This document shows, one piece after another, positions 39,350 through 54,965 of a stretch of 64,000 nt of DNA. The number at the start of each line of letters is the position of its first letter. Position 1 is the first letter of the stretch. The notes under the pieces are model-generated. The model was not told the DNA's origin, ran no database searches, and saw only the letters and a program-made list of their open reading frames with translations. Both the position numbers and the translations under genes were made by a program. The stretch lies in assembly GCF_009914755.1 (NCBI RefSeq), contig NC_060926.1; one strand, written 5' to 3'. The DNA is from the human T2T-CHM13v2.0 reference genome, Homo sapiens.

Positions 39350-41260
39350 TTTTCCATTCTCAGCTCAGAGAAATATAAAGCTTGAAACACCATTGTTCCC
39401 ACCCTTATAACAATGAAAGAGCTAGACAGACTACAAATTAATGACTTTCTTGAATACATCAAAGAACTGAATTCTCACAACATCCAACCCATCCCCAGTG
39501 TGGGAAAGCCAAGAGTCTGCAGGGGAAGTGTCAGGAGCACACGCGTAACAAGGGCAGCTACCACTGGACATGAAATAAGCCAGTAAAAAGAATTCAGCTG
39601 AAATGTTTACTTGTTATCGAAGGCCAAGTTTGAGCTAGTGTGCAAATGGAAATCCCTTAGAAATTGCAGATTTAGGGAAGGTTCACACCTCTTATGGACT
39701 CTTCTCCATAAACCCCACCAGACACTCACAGGGACGATTAGAAAGAATCCTAAGGAATCATGCCTTTTGATACTAGCTAGAGGAAGAGCATAGCTGAAAC
39801 TGCTGAAACTTTGCCTAGAATCTTCTCATCTTCCTCCTCTATAGAATAAAGGTATTGGTTTTCAGATGAAAAGACAACAGATTTTCACCTAAAAAGCCTG
39901 GTAGCCCACTGAAGCTGGGTTAAGGAAATAAGGGCAATAAAAAAGCTCTGTCCCAGGGCAAAAGGCATGAATAAGTGCTAAACCCACCATTACAGGTGGA
40001 GAAGGGGCCTGAGTAATTGTTAAAAAAAGAAAACCTCATCAGATTCTCAGACATAGTGCCTGCATAAGACTTAGACTAAATCAGAACACAAGAGATTATT
40101 TCTAAATCTCCCGAGTAGCTGGGATTATAGGCACCTGCCACCATGCCCAGCTAATTTTTGTATTTTTAGTAGAGATGGGGTTTCACCACGTTGGCCAGGC
40201 TGGTCTCGAACTCATGCCCTCAGGTGATCCACCCGCCTTGGCCTCCCAAAGTGCTGGCATTACAGGCATGAGCCACCGCACCCGGCCCTCTACTTCCAAC
40301 AAGAATTGGGTAAAATAATAGGAATACAGAGCATCAAGAGACAAATTCCTTTTGAAGTGCCAATGAAAAGGGAAAAACAATGGGCAAGGGATACCAACAA
40401 ACAAGTGTCCAGCCAGGGAAGTCTCTTCATGCCCTCAGGCCTGACACCTGCCTCCCCACAGTTAGACACCCAGGGCCCAGCCTAGGAAACCCCTTCCTTT
40501 ACCTCAGGCAGCAACAGCAGGGTAGCTAGGTGTCTGCAGCAGCACCAGATAAACCAAACACATCAAATCATACCTCAAAGGCTCTGAAAACATAACTACT
40601 TTTGAAACCATATAATAGGCCAAACCTGCATGCCAGAGCTAAATAGAGTGAATGTCTGCTAAAATAAAAGATTTAAATATGACCCATCTTCTCCTAACAT
40701 AAGTCAAAACAACTAGGATACAATTCAGAATTACCACACAAAGCAAGAAATAAGAAGATAACAGCCTGAGTGAGAAGACAATCAACTGACTACAACACGT
40801 AGATGAATCAGTGTTGCAAATTAATGACTTTAACAATTAAGTTAATTTAAGGAATTAAAATTTATTTGAAACAAATTAAAAGTAGAAAATCTCAGAAAAT
40901 AAATAGAAGTTATAAAAAACAATAAAATGAAAACATTGATAAATTGGACTTGCAGTGGGTTGAATATTGTTTAAAAACAATACAGAATACAGAAACCTCA
41001 GAAACCTATGTATGTATGTGGTAAAATTATTTAGAACTAAATACACACACACATGCAAACACATAGATACATACACACAAACACAACAAAGCTGCTGAAA
41101 CTGGAATAAGATTGATAGATTGTATCAATTCCAGTGTCCTGGTTATGATATTACACTACAGTTTTTAAAAATTTCATCACAGGTGAAAATGTAGTTTACA
41201 CACGATTTCTCTGTATTGTTTCTTTTAACTGTATGTGAATCTATACTTAAAATTTTAAGA
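39350..41260 (+). mobile_element. Old L1M (L1MC/MD/ME-type) 5'UTR/ORF1 pieces and a 3' end
   Basis: L1M 5'-end-like text from 39350, ORF1-like A-rich text at 40690-40960, and 3'UTR-like 'tgtattgtttcttttaactgtatgtgaatcta' at ~41210-41245. Internal boundaries uncertain. Confidence 0.5.
40108..40287 (-). mobile_element. AluSx-type fragment (left arm plus start of right arm; 3' end lost)
   Basis: 'ctcccgagtagctgggattatagg...gagccaccgcacccggcc'. Confidence 0.9.
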
Positions 41261-41488
41261 AAAAATTTAATAAAAGTGGGTAAAAGATTTGAAAATAATT
41301 CAAAAAAGGAATAGCTTTCAAATATGTTTGACATTATAAGAAATCCAAGAAATGCAAATTTGGAAAATAAAGCCCCGATGCCGTATTACTCTGTAAGTCC
41401 TAGAATGATTAGAACTTAAAAGTTTGGCAACACCAACTATTACTGAGGATGCAGAACAATGCATATGGTCTTGGAGAGGATGCAAAAG

Positions 41489-41989
41489 TGAAGTAGGAGA
41501 CTAGCAGAATTTGTCTGCTGTTCACAACCCTATTGACTAAAAAAGGATCTGGTTCAGGTGGGATGAAGCAAAGAAACCAGCAGGAATCAGCCAATGGTGA
41601 CTGAAGGGATCCCCAGCTGCCCTCCTTACTCATTAGCATGACACTCCTACTGGCACCATGATAGTTTACAAACACCGTGACAACAACTCAGAAGTTACCA
41701 CCCCTTTCCTAGAAAGATCCAAATAACCTGCCCCTCAATTTGCATTGACCCACCCAATAATTTACTTGCAATTGAAAGTGGGTTTACCTGAGTATAAATA
41801 TAGTTGTTAAGAGCCTGTATGTTACCAACTCTGCGTGCACTGCCTACGAGTTAGCCCTGCTCCACAAGGAGCAGTACTGTTTAATAACAGATTGCTGTCT
41901 AACACCACTGCCTTGCCCTTGAATTCTTTCCTGGACAAAGCCAAGAACTCTCCCAAAGCCCCAACTTCAGGGATTACCTGTCTGCAACA
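41489..41989 (+). mobile_element. MER41-family (MER41D/E-like) ERV1 solo LTR
   Basis: TG...CA termini, 4-bp TSD aaag, and MER41 core 'cattagcatgacactcc...caccatgatagtttacaaa...gaagttacc' and 'gaattctttcctgg'. Confidence 0.85.
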
Positions 41990-42041
41990 AAAGGATACCA
42001 CAACTTTTGAAAAGGGTTTGAGATTTTCTAATCAGTTAAAC

Positions 42042-42234
42042 CAGTAGTTCTTAACTGTGGGCTAATTTTGCTTCCCAGGAGACATTTGTCAATATCTAGA
42101 GTTATTTTCATTTGTCACAACTGGTAGCAGGTGCTACTGGCATCCACTTGGGTAAAGGACCAGGTTGCTGCTAAACATCAGAACTGCTTCCCACAACAAA
42201 GAATCATCTGGCCCAAAATGGCAAAGTATTGAGG
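42042..42234. mobile_element. MER20 (hAT-Charlie)
   Basis: 'cagtagttcttaac...gagacatttgtcaatatctaga...tgctactggcatc...tgctgctaaacatc...ccacaacaaagaatcatctggcccaaaatg'. Confidence 0.85.
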
Positions 42235-42769
42235 GTAAATTCCACCCCTACGTGTTAACCAAAATAAATTTTAAAATTATATATTCATAGAATACTTGTA
42301 CACAAATTTTCATACCAGCTCTACTCATAATAATTTAAAAACATAAAATAGCCCATATGGCCATTGTTAGATTCACGGGAAATTATAGTGTTTTCAAAAA
42401 AAAAATCTACTCAGAGATAAAGTGGAATAAATCACTGATACACAAACAACATAAGTTTCAAAAATTTTATGCTGAAAGCCAGACACAAAAGAATACCTAC
42501 TCTATTCATCTCATTTTTATAAAATTATAGGACAGACAAAATAAATCTATAGTTACATAAGGTAATTCTGTAAATGCCTTCCGTTAAAGTGAGATAATTT
42601 ACTACAAAGTTGTATGAAGGAACTTTTTGGAGGTATTGCAGGTGTCCTATATGGGCATATCTTGGAGATATTGTGAGATTGGTTTCAGACCACTGCAATA
42701 AAGGAAATATCACAATAAAGCGAGTCACACAAATTTTTTGGTTTCTCAGTGCATATAAAAGTTATATTC

Positions 42770-43058
42770 GGCCAGGTGCGGTGGCTCAAGCCTGTAATCC
42801 CAGCACTTTGGGAGTCCGACGCAGGCGGATCACGAGGTCAGGAAATCGAGACCATCCTGGCTAACATGGTGAAATCCCGTCTCTACTAAAAATACAAAAA
42901 ATTAGCCGGGAGTGGTGGTGAGTGCCTGTAGTCCCAGCTACTCAGGAGGCTGAGGCAGGAGAATGGCGTGAACCCAGGAAGCGGAGCTTGTAGTGAGCCG
43001 AGATTGTGCCACTGCACTCCAGCCTGGGCGACAGAGCAAGACTCCACCTCAAAAAAAA
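42770..43058 (+). mobile_element. AluY
   Basis: Diagnostic 'gagaccatcctggctaac', 'gaatggcgtgaacc' and 'gcggagcttg'; TSD aaaagttatattc at 42757-42769 and 43059-43071. Confidence 0.93.
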
Positions 43059-43788
43059 AAAAGTTATATTCACACTATGCTATAGTCTAAGTGTGTGATA
43101 AAATTATAAAAATAACATATACACATTAATTTTAAAATATTCCTAAAAAATGCTAACAGTCATCTGAGCCTCCAGTGAATCATAATCTTTTTGCTGGTGG
43201 ATGACCTTTCCTCAAAGTTGATGGCTGCTGACTGATGAGGATGGTGGTTCCTGGAGGGCTGGGGGGCGGTGGCAATTTCTTAAATTAAGACAGCAATGAA
43301 ATTTGCTGCAGCAATTGACTCTCTCTTTCATGAAATATTTCTCTGTAGCATTTGATGCTGTTTGACAGCATTTTATCCACAACAGAACTTTTTTCAATAT
43401 TGGAGTCAATCCTCTCAAACCTGCCACTGCTTTATCAAGTAAGTTTATATAATATTCTAAGTCGTTTATTACCATTTGACAATATTACAACATCTTTGCC
43501 AGAAGGAGATTCTATCTCAAGAATCTGCTTTCTTTGCTTACCTGTAAGAACCAACTCTTCTTCCATTCAGGTTTTACTATGAGATTTCCACAGGTCAGTC
43601 AAATCTTCAAGGTCCACTTCTAGTGCTATTTTTCTTGCTATTCCCATTACATGGAGTTTATTTTTCCACTGATGTCTTGAATCTGTAAATGTCATTTATT
43701 AGAGTTAAAATTAACATCTTGCAAATTCTTGTTAATTTTGATATTTTGACCTTCTCTCATGAATCATTAATGTTCTTAATGGTACCTA

Positions 43789-45340
43789 TGTGTCCGGAAT
43801 TGGTAGGTTCTTGGTCTCACTGACTTTAAGAATGAAGCCGCGGACCCTCGCGGTGAGTGTTACAGCTCTTAAGGTGGCGCGTCTGGAGTCTGTCCCTTCT
43901 GATGTTCAGATGTGTTCGGAGTTTCTTCCTTCTGGTGGGTTCATGGTCTCGCTGGTTCAGGAGTGAAGCTGCAGACCTTTGCGGTGAGTGTTACAGCTCT
44001 TAAGGCAGCACGTCTGGAGTTGTTCGTTTCTCCCGGTGGGCTTGTGATCTCGCTGGGCTCAGGAGTGAAGCTGCAGATCTTCACGGTGAATGTTACAGCT
44101 CATAAAAGCAGCGGGGACCCAAAGAGTGAGCAGTAGCAAGATTTACTGCAAAGAGCAAAAGAACAAAGCTTCCACAGTACGCAAAGGGACACGAGCGGGT
44201 TGCCGAGGCAGGCTGGGGCAGCCTGCTTTTATTCTCTTACCTGGCCCCACCCACATCCTGCTGATTGGTAGAGCCGAGTGGCCTGTTTTGTCAGGGCGCT
44301 GATTGGTGCATTTACAATCCATGAGCTAGATACAAAGGTTCTCCACGTCCCCATCAGATTAGTTGGATACAGAGTTTTGACACACAGGTTCTCCAAGGCC
44401 CCACCAGAGCAGCTAGATACAGAGTGTCCATTGGTGCATTCACAAACCTTGAGCTAAACACAGGGTGCTGATTGGTGTATTTACAAACCTTGAGCTAGAT
44501 ACAGAGTGCTGATTGGTGTATTTACAATCCCTGAGCTAGACATAAAGGTTCTCCAAGGCCCCACCAGAGCAGCTAGATACAGAGTCTCGATTGGTGCACT
44601 CACAAACCTTGAGCTAAACACAGGGTGCTGATTGGTGTGTTTACAATACCTGAGCTCGACATAAAGACTCTCCACGTCCCAACCAGACTCAGGAGCCCAG
44701 CTGGCTTCACCTACTGGATCCCGCACCAGGGCTGCAGGTGGAGCTGCCTGCCAGTCCCACCCCGTGCGCTGGCACTCCTCAGCACCTTGGGTGGTCGATG
44801 GGACTGGATGCCGTGGAGCAGGGGGTGGTGCTCGTCGGGGAGGCTCGGGCGGCACAGGAGCCCACGGAGGCGGAGCGGGGAGGCTCAGGCATGGCAGGCT
44901 GCAGGTCCCGAGCCTTGCCCCGCGGGAAGGCAGCTAAGGCCCGGCGAGAAATCCAGCGCAGCGCCGGTGGGCCGGCACTGCTGGGGGACCCAGTACACCC
45001 TCCGCAGCCGCTGGCCCGGGTGCTAAGTCCCTCATTGCCCGGGCCGGCAGGGCCGGCCGGCTGCTCCGAGTGCGGGGCCCGCCAAGCCCACGCCCACCCA
45101 GAACTCCAGCTGGCCCGCAAGCGCTGCGCGCAGCCCCGGTTCCTGCTCGCGCCTCTCCCTCCACACCTCCCTGCAAGCTGAGGGAGCTGGCTCTGGCCTT
45201 GGGCAGCCCAGAAAGGAGCTCCCTCAGTGCAGTGGCGGGCCGAAGGGCTCCTCAAGTGCCGCCAAAGTGGGAACCCAGGCAGAGGAGGCGCTGAGAGCAA
45301 GCGAGGGCTCTGAGGACTGCCAGCACGCTGTCACCTCTCA
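43789..45340 (-). mobile_element. LTR12C (ERV9) solo LTR, complete
   Basis: The minus strand begins TGAGAGGTGACAGCGTGCTGGCAGTCC and ends CCAATTCCGGACACA; 4-bp TSD ccta; tandem U3 and U5 repeats. Confidence 0.95.
44220..44670 (-). promoter_or_regulatory. ERV9 U3 enhancer/promoter: tandem CCAAT (NF-Y) and GATA-like repeats with an AATAAAA TATA-like box
   Basis: Seven ATTGGT sites (CCAAT on minus) between 44264 and 44636, recurrent 'gctagatac', and 'gcttttattctc' near 44225-44236. Confidence 0.75.
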
Positions 45341-47059
45341 CCTAGAATGGTAAATATTTTCCAGAAGGTTTTTAATTTACTTTGCCTAGATCCAGCAGAG
45401 AAATTACAGTCTATAGCCTTATGAAATGCATTTCTTTAATAACAAGATAAAATTTAATAACAAGTCAAAATTACTGTTTGATCTGTAGACTACAGAATGA
45501 ATGTTGTGTTAGCAGCTATGAAAATCATATGAATCGCCTTGTACAACTCTATCAGAACTCTTGGGTTACCAGATGTATCATCAGTGAGCAGTACTATTTT
45601 GAAAGGTATATTTTTGTCTGAACAGTAGGTCTGTACAGTGCACTTCAAATATTCAGTAAACCATGCTGCAAACAGATGTGCTGTCATCCAGGCAATGCTG
45701 TTTCAATTACACAAGCAGAGTGGGTTTAGCATAGTTCTTAAGGGCCCTAGGATTTTTGAAGTGGTAAATGAGCATGTTTCAACTTAAACTTGCCAGCTTT
45801 GGTAGCCCCTAACAAGAGTCATCCTGTTCTTTGAAGCTTTGAAACCAGGCATTGGCTTCTCTGCTTTAACTCAGAAAGTCCTAGATGGCATCTTGTTTCA
45901 GAACAAGGCTGTTTCATTTATATTTAAAATACGTAGTTTATTGTAGCCACCGTCATCAATGATCTTAGTAGCTAGATCTTCTGGATAATTCGCTGCAGCT
46001 TCTACATCAGCAGTTGATGCTTCATCTTGTGCTTTTATATAGAAAGATGGTCTTTTTCTTTAATACTCATGAACCAACCTCTGGTGGCTTCCAACTTTTC
46101 TTCTGCAGCTCCCTCACCTGTCTCAGCTTTTAATAGAATTGAAGAGAATTGGGGCTGTCCTCTGGACTCTGGCTTACAGGAATGTTGTTGCCGCTTTGAT
46201 CATCTATCCAGACCTCTAAAACTTTCCCCATACCAGCAACAAGGCTGTTATGCTTTCTTATCATTCATGTATTTACTGGAGTAGCACTTTTAATTTCCTT
46301 CAAGAACTTTTCCTTTGCATTTGCAACTTGGCTAACTTTGGTGCAAGAGGCCCAGCTTTCAGCCTACCTCAGCTTTTGTATTTAATGTCACTTAATCATT
46401 TCTGGCTTTTGATTTAAAGTAACAGGCGTGCATCTCTCCCTTTCACTTGAACACTTAGAGGCCATTGTAATGTTATTAATTGGTTTAATATAAATATTGT
46501 TTTATCTTAGAGAATAGAGAGGCCTGAGAAGAGGGAGAGAGAAAGGGAAATAGCCAGCTAGTGGAGCAGTCAGTTATATGCGTGCAGCCTGTGGTGTCCC
46601 AAAACAATTTCAATACTAATCAAAGAATGCTGATCACAGATCACCATAACAGGTCTAAGAATAGTGAAAAAGTTTTGAAATATTGTGATAATTACCAAAT
46701 TGTGATGCAGAGACACAAAGTGAACACATACTGATGGAAAAATGGTGCTGATAGACTTGCTCTATGCAGGGTTACAACAAACCTTTAATTTGTAAAAAAT
46801 GTAATATCTGTGAAGAGCAATAAAGAGAAGTGCAATTACATGAAGTATGTCTGTATATCGCTTCTGGTGCTAGTTACTAAGTTGTATATCATTATAAAAA
46901 TGCCTCTAACTGTGCAATTCAAAAAGAGTGTTTTATTTGATGTACTCTATTCATAAATGCAGTTTATTATAACACAGTGGATCTTTGTTCAGGAATAGTA
47001 ATGGATGGACAAATAAAATTAACAGGATTAACTAGCATTCTCTAAGAGGGCTTTGGTAT

Positions 47060-47560
47060 CTCCCCTGTCCAATATAGAAACTCTTTTCATACTACCTCCT
47101 CTCCTGTTTTTTTTTTTTTGGTAGCATTCATCTAAGTGCTTATTGTTTGTATATCCACTAGCACATTAGTTGCACAAAGTTAAGACCTTTTTTATATGTA
47201 TATAGCCACTGTATCGCTAACACTGTCAATAGTGTCTGACATTCAATAGATGCTCAGTGATTATGTGTTGAACAGATAAACACGTGTATGAAGTTTCATT
47301 GCTCCATGAGGTCTTTCTGAATACTTCCAGGCTACAGTACTGCCCTACATGGTGCCTCCATAGGACCATAGTATATAAGTACAACTTTGCCTATTTTAAC
47401 TTCCATCTCTTTGTATTTTCAATTTTTGTCTGTTTAATTCCCTCATGGGCTGCATTCCTTGAATTCAGGGATTATGCGTTTACATCCTTTAACTCCCTGC
47501 ACTTCATAGAATCCTCAGTATAGTCAGCCCACAATAAGTTTCAATTCAGTAAGTAAAGGA
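47060..47560 (+). mobile_element. Two adjacent L2 3'-end fragments
   Basis: 'aatagtgtctgacattcaatagatgctcagtga...tgttgaa' and a second 'ttccttgaattcagggatta...tagtcagcccacaataag'. Confidence 0.5.
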
Positions 47561-47869
47561 ATGGTTTTTACAAATAAGAAAATAGAGCCTCAGAGTTAAT
47601 TAAATGACTCTCTGAATCCCATATTTGCACAGTTAAATTATTATTTTTTCTTAAAATTATTTGTTTTTATGGTGTACTCTCATTAGGAAACAGAAGTAAT
47701 GGAGGAAATAGCATTGAATCTTAATTTTGTTTTTAGAGCCAATAATATCCACTGTAACGCTCAGAGGATGAACATACAAAATTAGCATTTTCCACAAAGC
47801 ATCTAATACAACTATTGTTTTGTGGAACATAGTTTTGGAAATTTAGACCTAAAAGTTAGGAAAAGCAGT

Positions 47870-48075
47870 ATTGGTACCTTTGTGCCAGGCACAGTACTAG
47901 GGTTTTACATATGTGATTGTATTTAATACTTTCAAAAATTCTGAATCAAGAGTTTTCTCCATTTTTGGGATAATATAATTAAAGCTGAGAGGAGTTAAAT
48001 TGACTGTAGGCTCAAAGTCAGCAAATGGAAAGCTAGGATTTGAATCTAAGTCTCTTTCATTTTAATACCTATGTG
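47870..48075 (-). mobile_element. MIR
   Basis: 'tgtgccaggcacagtactagg...atttaatact...aaagctgagaggagttaa...gctaggatttgaatc'. Confidence 0.7.
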
Positions 48076-49649
48076 CTTTCTATTTTATTCTGTGATCTTC
48101 TATAGATGACATGCCCACAAAATCAATGTATTATTCATGTAAAAAGAAACAGTTGAACTTTCCCCAGTTTCTTCAAAAAGCATCATGAGATATTTTATAA
48201 AATTCTAGTTTAAAAAGATGTGTACTTAGAAAGACATTGACCTAAGGAAAGGGCTTTTTGTTCTCTTGGTCTCATAATTAACAAAACTTTTAATATAAAT
48301 CCATTATCTGTTCCCTTCTTGAATATGATTCCCAAAACTTCTTTTCAGACATCTATATTGACTAATTCATTTAATACTAAGCACTTGATATTACATAATC
48401 TCTGCCTGTATTTATTACCAAACACTAAGACAAATGTATACCTGATTTCCATAACAAAATGGTAACTTCCTCAATAATAGATCTGCCATTTCCTGACAAG
48501 GAAACATTGAGCCACATATGCCAATTTCCTCTACAAATGAATCCGAAGAGATTTGAGACATAATCAGTTTGGGCCATAAATACCAAATTATCAGAAATCA
48601 ATTAGATAATAAATATTCCAAATTGTTCTTATATTAAAATATATCCAAATGTATTTGCTAAATAGTAATGATTACAAATATTATCAAAGCAAAGGTGTTC
48701 ATTGCGCATTTGATAAAGTGATAACTTCCATCACCCATAGATTATGGCAGTCTATCAACACCAGATCCCAAGGTATGATATTCCTCCTTAGTGTTCACAC
48801 CCTGCCTTCGTGCTATCACCTTGATAATCAGAAGCTCTTGTTGCCTAAAGGTATCTCCAGTTTTTCACATCTGAATGTCTGGGTGAGGTTACAGATTTTA
48901 AGAATTTACCAGGGTCAATTTGTAGGCAAGTGATTCTTCTAGTGTTGATTTTGCAAGCGAAATATGAACATCATTTACTTCTATGGTGTTTTGAAGTCAT
49001 GCCATTAAAAATTCATCTGGCAAATCTAATATGAGAAAACAAGAGCAAGAAGAGCAATGAATTGCAATGAAAAAAATTGGCAGAGTAATAAATAAGCATG
49101 ACAGGTCAGACTTCAATTTACATAAATAGTTTTGCCAAAGATGGTTTAAAAGGGCAGTTGCTTGTTCCTGCATTATTTGTGGTGATGCTTCTCCCTTTCA
49201 GTTCTAAATTTCTGTAGCAGAGACAAAAGAAATTATGGGTTTTTTCCAGGACAAATAATCAAGATTTATCCTCTACATTCTTCAAAGAAGATGAAGACAA
49301 ACTATGCATCTTCCTTTTTTTATAGCAACTACATCTCAAACAGGTATACGAATTCTTTCATAAACTTCAGATAGCTTGTATATAATTACTCCTTTATCAG
49401 AATTAATGCAATCCATATTCAGAAAAAATGAAACTAATAAAAATAACAATTCAAATTCACATTAGGGAATCATTAAAAATAAAACTTTTTCTTTCCTATT
49501 CTAGTTAGTGCCAATTATATTCTTCAGGTCTGTTCTGAGAAAAATCTTAGAAACAACTCCTGCTGCTCGCTCATCCCAACATACCTAATAGGGCATAAAT
49601 TCTCCACACCTTGTATATCTCTACAATCTTTTCCTTTTTTCCCCCCTTT

Positions 49650-50536
49650 CTCCAACTTCATTGCGGCATAGTTGACAATTGATAAAATGTACATATTTAA
49701 GGTCTACAGCTCAATGGTTTCATATACATATACATGGTGAAATAGTAAGCAAACTCAAGCTAATTAGCTTATCCATTACCTCACATATTTACCACTTTGT
49801 GAGTGCAGTAAGAAAACTTATATTTACTCTGTTAGCAGTTTTCAAGTGTACAATATTGTTAACTATATATAGTCACATTGTTGTACATTAGATCACCAGA
49901 ATGTATTTATGTCGCATAACTGAAAGCTTTTACCCTTTGACCAACATGGTTCCATATCCCACCTCCCCAGTCCCTATTAACCAGCATTCTACTCCCTATT
50001 TCCATGATTTTGACATTTTTATATTTCACCTACATATCAGTGACACTATGTAGCATTTGTCTTTTTGTATCTGGCTTATTTAACATAATATAATGTCCTC
50101 CAAGTTAATCCATGTTGTCACAAACAGCAGGATGCTTTTTCTTTTTTAAGCAAAGACATGTTTCATTGTGTGTTGGGGGAGGGGCGTGTGTGTGCGTACA
50201 TCAATTTAAAAAAATTATTCACCATTAACAGACACTTATATTGCTTCCATAATTAGGCAATTATGAATAATTCTGAAATGAACATGAGAAAACAGACATC
50301 TTTCTGAAATACTGATTTTATTTCCTTCAAAAATATACCTAGAAGTGGGACTGCTGGATTGTAAGCTAGTTCTAGTTTTAATTTTTTTAGAAACCTCCAT
50401 TCAGTTTTTTTATAATGGCTGTAACAATTAAAGTCCCACCAAACTGTAAAAGAGTACACAGATCCTCACCAATACTTGTTTCCTTTTGGTTTTTGAATAG
50501 TCATTCTAATATGTGTAAAATAATATCCCATTGTGG
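49650..50536 (-). mobile_element. L1MA (L1MA8-10-like) 3' end, first part
   Basis: Antisense 3'UTR; ORF 50253-50459 WRFLKKLKLELAYNPAVPLLGIF. Confidence 0.85.
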
Positions 50537-50850
50537 TATATATATATATTTATATATATGTTTATATATTTTTATACATATATTTCTCTCTCTCTCTCTC
50601 TCTTAAGTTCTGGGATACAGTTGCAGAATGTGCAGGTTTGTTACATAGTTATACATGTGCCATGGTAGTTTGCTGCACCCATCAACCCATCATCTGCATT
50701 AGGTATTTCCTCTAATGTTATCCCTCCCCTTTACCTCACCCTCCAAGAGGCCCCAGTGTGTAATATTCCCCTCCATGTGCCCATATGTTCTCATTGCTCA
50801 ACTCCCATTTATGAGTGAGAACATGTGGTGTTTGGTTTTCTGTTCCTGTG

Positions 50851-54965
<4,115 letters not shown>

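Larger units (their letters stand above)
42652..46853 (-). mobile_element. Tigger1, near full length, interrupted by AluY and LTR12C
   Basis: Ends 'tgggcatatcttggagatattg' and 'gaagtatgtctg' flanked by TA; transposase fragments MTAHLFAAWFTEYLK (45490-45687) and [12 protein letters not shown] (43212-43475); ~2.35 kb after removing the inserts. Confidence 0.92.
41270..46960 (+). mobile_element. L1ME-type 3' region acting as host for nested insertions
   Basis: Collinear L1M 3' pieces at 41270-41488, 41994-42040, 42240-42650 and 46856-46960. Confidence 0.6.

Noticed and set aside
40212-40439. Identical 13-mer tcatgccctcagg in the Alu fragment and 215 bp downstream
   Set aside because: Needs only two substitutions from the Alu consensus; too short to separate from coincidence.
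44260-44670. Regularly spaced ~40-bp repeats superficially like a CRISPR array
   Set aside because: These are the known ERV9 U3 tandem enhancer repeats, with no unique spacers or cas genes, in eukaryotic DNA.
44481-45300. Several overlapping 74-173 aa Pro/Ala/Gly-rich ORFs
   Set aside because: GC-rich LTR12C U3 lacks stops in many frames; no protein-family signal.
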